NCBI GenBank assembly: GCA_034439735.1
Contig: JAWXAX010000167.1
Coordinates: 1-62,732 of the forward strand
Origin: Rhodothermales bacterium
GTDB lineage: Bacteria; Bacteroidota; Rhodothermia; Rhodothermales; JAHQVL01
DNA length: 62,732 bases
Reading direction: 5' to 3'
Shown here: positions 1-9,110 of the stretch, piece after piece
How positions within the stretch are numbered: the first letter of the stretch is position 1
How the letters are laid out: each line of letters starts with the position of its first letter
Program-made: the position numbers and the translations under genes
Notes under the pieces: generated by a model
The model's input: the letters and a program-made list of their open reading frames with translations, nothing else
Databases searched by the model: none
Told to the model about the DNA's origin: nothing

Positions 1-10
1 GTATTCAGAG

Positions 11-53
11 ACTCCCATACCCCCATACTCCCATACTCAAAAAACTCCCATCC
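11..53. repeat. Degenerate ACTCCCAT octamer tandem repeat next to the cytidylyltransferase stop codon
   Basis: actcccat acccccat actcccat actcaaaa aactcccat read directly; a partner arm could lie outside the window. Confidence 0.6.
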
Positions 54-770
54 TTAAAAGCTCTCAGACTCGGCCGTTGCCAGCCGCTCCTGCATGAGCG
101 CCTCGGCCATCTGGAACTGATAGGGATAATCGATATCCAGCGACCGTTCGGGCGGCATGGCATAGCCAACCATCGGTTCGTGGAAGAAGGTGCCGTTGGC
201 CAGGAAGCGCGTTACGGAGGCCATATACAGCGCACCGTTGGGGTGATAGGCCGTGTCGATCGACTGGCTGCGGGTGGTCCGAAGGTAGGTTTCCGGCTCG
301 CGCATCGCAAGGCCGGCGTCCTCCGCGATTGTCATCGCCAGCTGGGGCGGAAACTCGTAGTTCGTGACGGCGATGAGACTGACGTCTCCCGTCTGCCGTG
401 CGTACAGGGCCGCGGCGCGGCGCACGTCTTCCGCCGTCCGGAACGGGCAGGTCGGCAGCATGACGGCCACATGGTCGTAGCGCGTGTTCATGCCGTCTCG
501 CCGGAGGTATTCTTCGGCGACGCGAACCATCGGAACGGTGTCGCCGGCGAGACTGGCGGCGCGTTCGTCCGTGCCGGCGCCCCATTCTCGGGCCACGGCG
601 AGGATCTCGGCATCGTCGGACGAGACGACGACATCCGCGAACACACCCGAATCGATAGCGGCTTCGAGGGTGTAAGCCAGCAGCGGCTTGCCGGCGAGGG
701 GGAGGACGTTTTTGCGGGGCACGCGTCGTGAGCCGCCGCGGGCCGGAATGAGGCAAAGGATGTTGGACAT
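54..770 (-). CDS. neuA: CMP-nonulosonate synthetase (acylneuraminate cytidylyltransferase, NeuA/PseF/LegF family)
   Basis: C-terminal 238 aa of ORF 54..1934: MSNILCLIPARGGSRRVPRKN, LPTCPFR and SLDIDYPYQF motifs; ATG at 770. Confidence 0.9.
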   Translation of the reverse strand: MSNILCLIPARGGSRRVPRKNVLPLAGKPLLAYTLEAAIDSGVFADVVVSSDDAEILAVAREWGAGTDERAASLAGDTVPMVRVAEEYLRRDGMNTRYDHVAVMLPTCPFRTAEDVRRAAALYARQTGDVSLIAVTNYEFPPQLAMTIAEDAGLAMREPETYLRTTRSQSIDTAYHPNGALYMASVTRFLANGTFFHEPMVGYAMPPERSLDIDYPYQFQMAEALMQERLATAESESF

Positions 771-775
771 ACGCG

Positions 776-2266
776 TCAGGCCGGCAGCGCCGCCAGGGTT
801 TTGGTGAAACGGGAACGGATGAGGTGTGCGTCGCGCACGGACTGCCGGATGATGGTGCAGACGCGGTCCACATCCTCCAGGGAAAGGTCGTTTGAGGTTG
901 GCAGATTCATCCCGCGGGCGGCCAGGGACGCCGTCACCGGGAAGTCTCCGTGGGCATAGGGGATGTACGCCGGCTGGTCGTGCAGCGGGCAGAAGAAATT
1001 GCGGGTCTCGATACCGTGTTCGGCGAGCACGCTGCGGAGCGTATCGCGGTCGAGGCCCAGCACCGACTCGTCGATCAGGATCGAGTACAGCCAGAATATA
1101 TTCCGGGCCCAGGGCGCCTCCGGGGGCAGGATAATGCCGGGTAGATCGCCGAGGCCCCGGTTGTAGCGGTCGACGATTTCGAGGCGTTTCGCGAGAAACG
1201 CGTCCACGCGCTCCATCTGGGCGAGGCCGATGGCCGCCTGAATGTTGGTCATCCGATAATTGAAGCCGGCATAGAGGTGCCAGTAGCGCCGGCTTTTCTC
1301 CATCCCATGATCCCGCAGGATCGCCATTTTCTCGTGCAAACTGCGGCGGTTGGTGGTCACCATCCCCCCTTCCCCGGTCGTGATGACCTTGTTGGCGAAG
1401 AAGCTGAAGCAGCCCACGTCGCCGAACGTGCCCACCTGCCGGCCTTTGTACTCGGCCCCGAGCGCCTCGGCGCAGTCCTCGACGACAAACAGGTTGTGCC
1501 GGCGGGCAAGGTCCATGATCGGGTCCATGTCGCACGGATGGCCGTAGAGGTGGACCGGCATGATGGCGCGGGTGCGGACGGAGAGGGCCTCGCGGACGCC
1601 GGCGGCGCTGAGGGTCCAGGTGTCGGGGTCGACGTCGGCGAAGACGGGGATGGCGCCGGCGTGGATGACCGCGTTGGCCGAGGCGCCGAATGTGAGGTTC
1701 GGGACGATCACCTCGTCCCCGGGCCCGACGCCGAGGGCGACGAGGGCGAGGTGCAGCGCCGTGGTGCCGCTGGAGGTACAGAGCGCGTGTTCGCTGCCGA
1801 CATACGCCCGGAACGTCTCCTGAAACCGGTTGACGTATTCGCCCTGCGACGAGATCCAGTTGGTGGCGATGCAGTCGCTGACGTACTTGAGTTCGTTGCC
1901 GCCCAGTGCCGGCTGGGTGACGGGGAGCCGCCACATCTCGGCCCAGGAGATCAGGTCCACCGGCTGCCCGCGTTCGTTGAGGAGCGGCAGATGGCGGACG
2001 CGTTCGTTGAGGAGCTTGAGGTTGTCGGCACGGGCCGCGCCGGCCGAGCCGGCGGCGAAGGTGCGGTTCATGTAGCGCTCGATCGGCTCATCGAGCGTGG
2101 CGCCGGCAAGCAGGGCGCGGCGGACGTCGCCATCCGTGAAAAGCCCCACCATCACCCCCTCGTCATCGACGACAAAGACGACGCCGAAGATGCCCCGGTT
2201 CAGGGCGCGGAGCAGGCTCTCGACGGTGTCGGAATACCGCAGCAGGTTATCCGTGATTGATCGCAT
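776..2266 (-). CDS. CBS-pair plus DegT/DnrJ/EryC1/StrS PLP sugar aminotransferase (perosamine synthase/LegC-like)
   Basis: N-terminal GLFTDGDVRRALL CBS motif; SSGTTALHLAL, EDCAEALGA, FSFFANKVITTGEGGM, NYRMTNIQAAIG. Confidence 0.88.
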   Translation of the reverse strand: MRSITDNLLRYSDTVESLLRALNRGIFGVVFVVDDEGVMVGLFTDGDVRRALLAGATLDEPIERYMNRTFAAGSAGAARADNLKLLNERVRHLPLLNERGQPVDLISWAEMWRLPVTQPALGGNELKYVSDCIATNWISSQGEYVNRFQETFRAYVGSEHALCTSSGTTALHLALVALGVGPGDEVIVPNLTFGASANAVIHAGAIPVFADVDPDTWTLSAAGVREALSVRTRAIMPVHLYGHPCDMDPIMDLARRHNLFVVEDCAEALGAEYKGRQVGTFGDVGCFSFFANKVITTGEGGMVTTNRRSLHEKMAILRDHGMEKSRRYWHLYAGFNYRMTNIQAAIGLAQMERVDAFLAKRLEIVDRYNRGLGDLPGIILPPEAPWARNIFWLYSILIDESVLGLDRDTLRSVLAEHGIETRNFFCPLHDQPAYIPYAHGDFPVTASLAARGMNLPTSNDLSLEDVDRVCTIIRQSVRDAHLIRSRFTKTLAALPA

Positions 2267-3149
2267 GGAGTTGATGACGTTCGGGGTGAAGGATGCCGGC
2301 GACGAGATCGCGTTGTTCGAGCATCTGGCTGATCGACAGCCCGTAGGCTTCCAGGACAAGGGTCGCCTCGGGGAAATGCCGGACGATCGGCCAGAACCAG
2401 GAATTGGCGCGAACAGGCAGGTTCTGGTCGGCCCAGCCGTCGTTTTCGCTGAGGTGAAAGGCTTCGATGCGGTGGGCCAGCCGCAGGCAGAACTCGCTCG
2501 GCATGAAGTCGCACGTCTTACCTGAGACGATGAGGTGGCCGACATCGACGAGGACGCCGAGGTTGCGGTCGTTGAGGCGCGCGAAGAAGCGCTCGAAGTC
2601 CTCGGCGGTGACCATGAGGAGGTGCCGCGTGCCGATCGGCCGGCGGGCCTGCACGTTATTTTCGACGAGGAGGCGAACGCCCGTGGCGCAGGCGTAGGTG
2701 CTGAGCGTGGCCATGCTCTCGCAGAAGCGGTCGAACGCGCGTTCGTACGCGTCAGTGTCGATCCCTAGCGCCAGGACGGCCTGGGCGTCGGCGTCGCCGA
2801 GCTGCTGTGGCGTGAGGTCGGCCACGAAGCCGCCGTGGACACTGTAAAACGGGGCGTCGAGGGCGGCGCAGAGGTCGATGGCCTGGTGGCAGAGCGCAAG
2901 GCTGGCGGCGAGGGCCGGCTTTTCGTCGGCCGCGAGGTTGAGCACAAAGGGCGTTGCCGGCGGCGGGAAGTAGTTATGGACCAGGCATGGTGCGAGCGTC
3001 TCAAGGCGATGGCCGACTGTCTTAAGGTCGACCGGATCGAGCCCCGAGCTGAGTTCGAGGTGCCGGATATCGTGCCGGAGGCAATGGAAGACGATGTCGT
3101 CCAGCGAGCGTGTCCGAAACGCACCGGTCGAGAGGTAGACTTCCTTCAT
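2247..3149 (-). CDS. Sugar phosphate isomerase/epimerase-like TIM-barrel protein (AP endonuclease 2 fold)
   Basis: LVHNYFP, YSVHGG, LLVENN, LVDVGHL, FHLSENDG metal-ligand pattern; coupled to neighbouring genes. Confidence 0.75.
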   Translation of the reverse strand: MKEVYLSTGAFRTRSLDDIVFHCLRHDIRHLELSSGLDPVDLKTVGHRLETLAPCLVHNYFPPPATPFVLNLAADEKPALAASLALCHQAIDLCAALDAPFYSVHGGFVADLTPQQLGDADAQAVLALGIDTDAYERAFDRFCESMATLSTYACATGVRLLVENNVQARRPIGTRHLLMVTAEDFERFFARLNDRNLGVLVDVGHLIVSGKTCDFMPSEFCLRLAHRIEAFHLSENDGWADQNLPVRANSWFWPIVRHFPEATLVLEAYGLSISQMLEQRDLVAGILHPERHQLHAINHG

Positions 3150-3604
3150 GCGAGTTGCATTTGCATCATGGTGTGCCCGGTGCGCGGGCAGATGTCGAAG
3201 GCCGAGAAGCCGGCGTTGAGATAGGCCTGGAGGGCCGGCGCGTTGTCCGGATGCACCTTCAGCATCAGGGCCGCGACGTCGTTGCGCCGGCACCAGTCGA
3301 TGGCCTCGGCGAGGGCGCGGCTGGCGAGTCCGTGGCCGGCGGCCTCACGGGCTATAAAGACCCCGAACGAGGGCCGGGCGAAGCCGTCGTCGAATCCTCG
3401 GAGCATAAAAAACCCGACGAGCCGGTGTTCTTGCCGGAAGCCCCAATACCGGTCGCGCCGCGCGGAGGCGAGGCGTTCGGCGAGGGCGGCCGGTGTATTT
3501 GAGGTAAAGGGGACAAAATATCTGCCATACTCCGGCCCGTCCGCAGTCAGCAGGGCGGCCAGATCAGCGGCGTCGGCCGGGCGGAGTTCAGCGAGCGTCG
3601 GCAT
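3146..3604 (-). CDS. GNAT family N-acetyltransferase
   Basis: FGVFIAREAAGHGLAS acetyl-CoA motif A and VHPDNAPALQAYLNAGF motif B; ATG at 3604. Confidence 0.8.
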   Translation of the reverse strand: MPTLAELRPADAADLAALLTADGPEYGRYFVPFTSNTPAALAERLASARRDRYWGFRQEHRLVGFFMLRGFDDGFARPSFGVFIAREAAGHGLASRALAEAIDWCRRNDVAALMLKVHPDNAPALQAYLNAGFSAFDICPRTGHTMMQMQLA

Positions 3605-5588
3605 CGTCCATGGCCACCTGGTCCTCGGAAACGGGGGCGTTTGCGGGGATATCGCACAGCGCCACGCGGCCAATGAGGCGTTCGAAGAAGACCGGCGCGA
3701 GGCCTGTCGCCGGCCGTTTGAAGGTGAGCATCTCCGGCGTAATTCGGTCGCCCTGGCGGATGTGCGTCCGCGTGTAGACGCTGCGGCGCATGCCGGGCGC
3801 ATTCTTTTTTTCCACCTCCGACGGAATTTTAAGCCCGGACCCGAGCATACGCTCGGCCTCGCCGATGCGGTCTGCCAGGACCCGAAACGCCGCGGGGTCG
3901 ACCGAGCTGGCGTGGTCCGGCCCGGGCATCCGGGTATCGAGCGTGAAGTGTTTTTCGATGACGCACGCGCCCAGGGCAACTGCGCCGATGCAGGCGGTGT
4001 CGGTGAGGGTATGATCCGAATAGCCGACGAGCACGTCGAACGCGTCGCGCATGGTCTGCATCGCCCGGAGGTTGGTATCCTCGATGGTCGATGGGTAGTT
4101 GGTGGTGCACTGGAGGAGGACGAGCTGGTCGTTGCCGGCGCCGCGGATCGCATCTACCGCGTTCGACACCTCGTCGAGTGTCGCCATACCGGTTGATAGC
4201 AGGATCGGCTTGCCTTTACGCGCCACGTATTTCAAGAAGTAGGGCTCGGCGACATGCAGGGACGCGAGTTTAAACGCCGGCATCCCGAGGTCGTCCAGGA
4301 AGTCCACATCCTCTACGTTGTAAGGCGTGGAGAGCAGCAGGACGCCGGTGGCTTCCGCGATCTCCATCAACTCGGCGTAGGCGTCGGACGACAGTTCGAG
4401 CCGGCGCAGCATATCTATTTGCGACTCGCCTGGATCGGTCGACCGCAGTTGATAGGCCGCTTTCGGCGCCTCCACCGACGCGACGCGTTCGGCCTTGAAG
4501 GTTTGAAATTTGACGCACCGGGCGCCGGCATCGCGCGCGGCGAAGAGCAGCTGCGCGGCGATGCGAGGGTCGCCGTTGTGGTTAACGCCGGCTTCGGCGA
4601 TCACGAATACAGGATGGCCGGCTCCGAGGCGGATGCCGGCGATGTTGAGGGTTTTTTCCATGGTTCTTGTGCGTTGACCCGGGCGGTGAATCGGTTTGCG
4701 CGCGGGCGTACGGGAAGGTGCGTAATAGCCGGCGGAAGCGAGGTCGAGGCCGGCGAGGTGATCCAGGCGCCGGTTTCCCGATTGAAAATGGCGAAGGAGC
4801 CGATCCCCCATCCCGCCGGCCTTGAAATACCGCTGCCGATCCCGCTCAATGCCGGGGTCGACGCGCGCCGTATTGAGGCGCTGCTGCCGGGTGAGGTCAG
4901 CCAGGTCGTACCGCGAGGCGTCGGCCCCGATAAACGTCAGCAGGCGCGCCATTTCCCCCGTCTCAAGGTCGGATAAGCGTTCCATGACCGCGACGTGGAT
5001 CCGGGCGTCGGGTAGAGCGGACGCGTAGAGGTCGTAGGTAGCGGCAAAGTCGTAAAACCAGAGGGGGATGCGCTTCACGCCAGCGGCGAGGCAGGCACAG
5101 ATCCCGGCGGCATCCTGCTGGCACCGCGGGAAACTGCATTCCTGCGGCCGGGTCGAGAGGGCGTCTTCAATCGCATAGGGCGGAAAGGCCGGATTCCCCC
5201 GGTCGTGCGTGTACCGCGAAAACAGCAGCTGATCCTGCCGCCGGATGGAGAGCACGATGGCGCGGGGCAGGCCTTTTGTGAGCGCGGCGATGCGTTCGGC
5301 CGTTTGCCGCATGCGATACGGCCGCAGCAGGTTTTCGTGGGAGAGCAGGGTCGGCATCTCCGGGTGGCAGACGTCGTCGAACGCCCGCTGAAGCTTCGAC
5401 AGATCCGCCACGTCGTTCATCGCCAGGTCGTTGACAAACGCGGTAGGGTCTACGCCGCCTCGGGCGGTCAGGTAGTCGGGGGCGCGTCGGCCGGCGTAGT
5501 GCACCTCGTCAATCCGTGGGAAGATGGCGTTTTGCAGCCAGGTCGTCGCCGTCTTGTGGTACCCGATATGGAGGATGACTGGAGACAT
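3588..5588 (-). CDS. neuB: Sulfotransferase-family domain in frame with nonulosonate synthase (NeuB/PseI/LegI family); probable internal start at 4661
   Basis: N-part HIGYHKTATTWLQ (PAPS-binding loop), LLSHENL, SIRRQDQLLFSRY; C-part IAEAGVNHNG, VKFQTF, LSTGMA, QCTTNYP, GYSDHT, IEKHFTLD, SAF-domain RRSVY; no stop between the parts. Confidence 0.85.
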   Translation of the reverse strand: MSPVILHIGYHKTATTWLQNAIFPRIDEVHYAGRRAPDYLTARGGVDPTAFVNDLAMNDVADLSKLQRAFDDVCHPEMPTLLSHENLLRPYRMRQTAERIAALTKGLPRAIVLSIRRQDQLLFSRYTHDRGNPAFPPYAIEDALSTRPQECSFPRCQQDAAGICACLAAGVKRIPLWFYDFAATYDLYASALPDARIHVAVMERLSDLETGEMARLLTFIGADASRYDLADLTRQQRLNTARVDPGIERDRQRYFKAGGMGDRLLRHFQSGNRRLDHLAGLDLASAGYYAPSRTPARKPIHRPGQRTRTMEKTLNIAGIRLGAGHPVFVIAEAGVNHNGDPRIAAQLLFAARDAGARCVKFQTFKAERVASVEAPKAAYQLRSTDPGESQIDMLRRLELSSDAYAELMEIAEATGVLLLSTPYNVEDVDFLDDLGMPAFKLASLHVAEPYFLKYVARKGKPILLSTGMATLDEVSNAVDAIRGAGNDQLVLLQCTTNYPSTIEDTNLRAMQTMRDAFDVLVGYSDHTLTDTACIGAVALGACVIEKHFTLDTRMPGPDHASSVDPAAFRVLADRIGEAERMLGSGLKIPSEVEKKNAPGMRRSVYTRTHIRQGDRITPEMLTFKRPATGLAPVFFERLIGRVALCDIPANAPVSEDQVAMDDADAR

Positions 5589-5863
5589 GCCGCACGAAAT
5601 GAAAGGACGCGCCGTGGGATGACGGCGTCGCGCCGGCGGGGAGGTCAAGGACTATGCCACCAGGACCGCCGTCGGAGAATCGGCGCCCGTTGCCGCGAGG
5701 CGGGGGCAAAGACGACGTGGTGCCATCCTTTTTTGACCGATGGCTGGAAAGAATTGCCGGGTGATTCCCGGCAATCGGCGATTTCACGCCGACGGCGCCC
5801 CGGAATAGCTTTTGCGCTCGGGCCCTGGCATAAGCACATCCACGCATCCAACACTTCGATCCA

Positions 5864-6694
5864 ATGGCAACAATCCAGCAGAACAAGCAGGTGTGGGACG
5901 GATCCTACAACTGGCAAGAAAAGGGCAACGAATGGTCGGCCTCGTGGGGTGGCCCCGAGATGCAGTGGCAGGCCAGCCTCATGCCGCGCCTCTACCCCTT
6001 CCTTCCCGCTGCGTCCATCCTCGAGATCGCGCCGGGATATGGCCGCTGGACCCATTTTCTGAAGGACCACTGCCGGCAGCTGCAGCTTGTCGAGCTCTCC
6101 CAGGAATGCATCGACGCGTGTAAACAACGCTTCGCCGGCGAACGGCACATCGGCTACCACGTGAACGACGGGCTGTCGCTGTCGATGATCGCCGACGACA
6201 GCATCGACCTGGCGTTCAGCTTCGACTCGCTCGTGCACGCCGAGCAGGAGGTGATCACGGCCTACCTCCAGCAGCTCCGCCGCAAGCTCCGGAAGGACGG
6301 CGTGGCGTTCCTGCATCATTCGAACGTGGGCGCCTACGACAGCTACATCCAGTCGGTCAAGGGGATGTCGCCGCAGGAGTTCGAGGCGCTCGGGATCGTC
6401 CGGCCCGTCGACCACTGGCGGGCGCATAGCGTGAGCGCCACGAGTTTCGCGCAGGCGGCGCGGCAGGCCGGCCTGGCCTGCATCAACCAGGAAATGATCA
6501 ACTGGCTGGATACGCCGCTGACGATCGACTGCATCTCCATCGTCACCCAACCGGGCTCGCGGTTCGCGCGGCCGAATCGCGTCTTCCGCAACCCCCAGTT
6601 CATGGATGAGGCGGCACACGCCGCACGCATCGCCCGCGCCTACGGCTACGCCGAAAGCGCTCGCCCCTCCGCCATCGAGAACCTCGCCATCTGA
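5864..6694 (+). CDS. Class I SAM-dependent methyltransferase
   Basis: ILEIAPGYGRWT motif I, SIDLAFSFDSLVH, LRKDGVAFLH. Confidence 0.85.
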   Translation: MATIQQNKQVWDGSYNWQEKGNEWSASWGGPEMQWQASLMPRLYPFLPAASILEIAPGYGRWTHFLKDHCRQLQLVELSQECIDACKQRFAGERHIGYHVNDGLSLSMIADDSIDLAFSFDSLVHAEQEVITAYLQQLRRKLRKDGVAFLHHSNVGAYDSYIQSVKGMSPQEFEALGIVRPVDHWRAHSVSATSFAQAARQAGLACINQEMINWLDTPLTIDCISIVTQPGSRFARPNRVFRNPQFMDEAAHAARIARAYGYAESARPSAIENLAI

Positions 6695-6697
6695 CCC

Positions 6698-8866
6698 ATG
6701 ACCCCGGAACGCCCGAGTGAACCGCGGCTGCGGCTGCTGCACGTCCACACCTTCTACCCGGAGGCGACCGAGCAGCTCTACCGCGCGCAGCCCGCCCTGA
6801 AGGATACTTCCTTCGACACCCAGATTCAGGCCGTGCTCGACGACGGCGTGGCGGCGGCGCACATCTTCACGCCCTATCTGACGGAGCACGGCTACGATGC
6901 TCGCTTCGTCGTAGCGGACAACCCGTACGCACAAATCCAATGGCTGAATGAGCATCCCGCAGAGGCGAGGGGCATTAACCAGGCAACGTGGGTGCACGAT
7001 GTGGTGCGCCGGCAGGTCGGGTTTTACCGGCCGGACATTTTTTATACCTGCAACCCCGTGCTCTTCGACACCGCCTTCATCGCCTCGCTCCCCTACCGCC
7101 CCCGGCTGGTGGCCGGCTGGCGCGCGGCGGACATCGCGGCGGGGGCGGACTGGTCGGGGTATGACCTCGTCCTTTCCGGCCTCCCTCTTTTGCTGGATGC
7201 CGTCCGCGCCATGGGGGCGCGGCACACAGCCTACTTCTACCCGGGCATGCCAGGGGGGATCGTGGAGTCCGTGGCGGACATCAAACCCGAGCTAGATGTG
7301 CTCTTCACCGGCTCGTGGACGATCCAACAACACGACACCCGTAACCGGATGCTCGAGCGCGTGGCCCGCGAAGCGGCCTCGGCGACGGCGCCGTTTTCGT
7401 TCGCGCTGCACACCGACCCCGGCCATCTGCCCGTGCCCGAGGCGCTGCGGCCGTTTGTGCGCCGGCCCGTGTTCGGCCAGGCCATGCACCAGACCCTTCG
7501 GCGGGCGCGCATCGTGCTGGATGCACGGGCGGATCATAAGCTGCGGAGCCCGAAGGGGGATACCGACCTTGGCGGGGGCGATACCGTCAACATGCGGCTG
7601 TTCGAAGCCACCGGCGCCGGCGCGTTTTTGCTGACCCAGCACGTGCCCGACCTGCATCGCTTCTTCGAACCCGGCCATGAGATCGAGACCTACCGGAGCG
7701 CCGACGAGCTGATCGAGAAGATCCGCTATTTCCTGGCGCATCCGGCCGAGCGCGAGGCCATCGCCCGGCGCGGCCAGGAGCGCTGCCAACGCGAGTACGA
7801 CATGCGGGCGCGCGCCCGCGTGTTCGACCGACTTATGAGGATGTATCTGCCGGCCGCCAAATCGGCCCCCCGGCAAGATCAAGCGGCGGCGTCGGCTGTG
7901 CCAGCAGCCACGCCCGCCGCCGAATTCAAGGCGCCGTCGCCTTCGGAGCTCGAGGCACTGCTCCAGACGGCGATCCAGACGTTTAAAACCGGCCAGTACC
8001 AGGACGCCTTCCGGGCCGCCTCGCGCGCCAAGGCCATGCGGCTGCCGTTGCTCAATGTGGACTACCTCCGGGCAGCCTGCCTGCTGCATCTGGGCAAGCC
8101 GTTCGACGCCCGCGAGGCGCTGCGCGAAGAACTACACCACTTCCCGGACAACGAAAACGCGCGTGCCTTGCTCCAGCAGGTGCTGCAGACCGCGCCCGAC
8201 ACAAAAGCCATCGGCGACGCCGCGTTCCAGGAGCTGCTCGCGCTCGTCCGCCCCCACACCATGATGCCCGAGAAGCGGCTCTACAACCTGTACGCCATCG
8301 CGCGGCGGGTGTGTGAGCAGGATATTCCGGGGGATTTCGTGGAGTGTGGCGTCGCGCGCGGCGGGTCGACCGCCATGCTCGCCCTCGTCATCCAGCGCTA
8401 CAGCAAACGGCAGCGGCACCACTACGCGTTCGACACGTTCAGCGGGATGCCCGAGCCGACCGTTCACGACACCCAGAACGGCATACCGGCGGACGAAACC
8501 GGCTGGGGCACGGGCACCTGCGCCGGCTCCGTCGATGGCGTCCGCGAGGTCTGCGAAACCCTCGGCGTCGCCGAGTTCGTCTCCCTCGTACCGGGCTTTT
8601 TTGAGGATACGCTGGCCGGCCAGAAAGACGGCATCGGCCCCATCGCCCTGTTGCACCTGGATGCCGACTGGTACTCGTCCACCATGACGATCCTCAACGA
8701 GTTCTACGACCAGGTCGTCCCCGGCGGCGTCATGCAATTCGACGACTACGGATGCTGGGAAGGCTGCCAGAAAGCCACCGACGAATTTCAGCAATTCCGC
8801 GGCATCTCCTTCCCCCTTGAACCCGTCCCGGGCGACAACCAGGGGATGTGGATGCTGAAGGGATAG
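6698..8866 (+). CDS. CgeB-like GT-B glycosyltransferase + TPR + TylF/MycF/NovP O-methyltransferase fusion
   Basis: NMRLFEATGAGAFLLT and ELIEKIRYFLAHPAEREAIARRG; helical TPR-like middle; GDFVECGVARGGS, FDTFSGMP, LHLDADWYSST, FDDYGCWEGC. Confidence 0.85.
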   Translation: MTPERPSEPRLRLLHVHTFYPEATEQLYRAQPALKDTSFDTQIQAVLDDGVAAAHIFTPYLTEHGYDARFVVADNPYAQIQWLNEHPAEARGINQATWVHDVVRRQVGFYRPDIFYTCNPVLFDTAFIASLPYRPRLVAGWRAADIAAGADWSGYDLVLSGLPLLLDAVRAMGARHTAYFYPGMPGGIVESVADIKPELDVLFTGSWTIQQHDTRNRMLERVAREAASATAPFSFALHTDPGHLPVPEALRPFVRRPVFGQAMHQTLRRARIVLDARADHKLRSPKGDTDLGGGDTVNMRLFEATGAGAFLLTQHVPDLHRFFEPGHEIETYRSADELIEKIRYFLAHPAEREAIARRGQERCQREYDMRARARVFDRLMRMYLPAAKSAPRQDQAAASAVPAATPAAEFKAPSPSELEALLQTAIQTFKTGQYQDAFRAASRAKAMRLPLLNVDYLRAACLLHLGKPFDAREALREELHHFPDNENARALLQQVLQTAPDTKAIGDAAFQELLALVRPHTMMPEKRLYNLYAIARRVCEQDIPGDFVECGVARGGSTAMLALVIQRYSKRQRHHYAFDTFSGMPEPTVHDTQNGIPADETGWGTGTCAGSVDGVREVCETLGVAEFVSLVPGFFEDTLAGQKDGIGPIALLHLDADWYSSTMTILNEFYDQVVPGGVMQFDDYGCWEGCQKATDEFQQFRGISFPLEPVPGDNQGMWMLKG

Positions 8867-8870
8867 CTTC

Positions 8871-9108
8871 GCGTTCCAGGTTCAATGTTCTATGTTCAAG
8901 GGCTTGAGAAACTGTTGAGATTTGCGTTTTGCATAGTGAGCAAGTCATCCCCGCGCAGGCGGGGACCCAGAAAAATGTCAGTCTGAGGGCTGGATCCCCG
9001 CCTGCGCGGGGATGACTATGCCTTGGGTTGTGGAAATCTCAACAGTTTCTGAACCCTATATAAATCCCCTTTCACCCCTTGAACATCGAACCTTAACCCT
9101 TAAACCCT
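8871..9108. mobile_element. Nested non-autonomous element: heptamer arms enclosing a 17-bp terminal inverted repeat, which encloses a REP pair
   Basis: AGAAACTGTTGAGATTT 8907-8923 and its exact reverse complement 9034-9050; GTCATCCCCGCGCAGGCGGGGACCCA 8944-8969 and TGGATCCCCGCCTGCGCGGGGATGAC 8991-9016; outer GTTC(A/T)A heptamers versus TTGAAC heptamers. Confidence 0.7.
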
Positions 9109-9110
9109 CC

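Noticed and set aside
771..1934. Apparent 388-aa N-terminal extension of the cytidylyltransferase (ORF 54..1934)
   Set aside because: Arg/Pro-rich alternate-frame read of the aminotransferase gene; recognisable protein starts at ATG 770
9012..9110. In-frame N-terminal extension of the GT4-GT2 gene
   Set aside because: Runs through the REP/TIR/heptamer element; the GT4 domain starts at MPSILHLIEA
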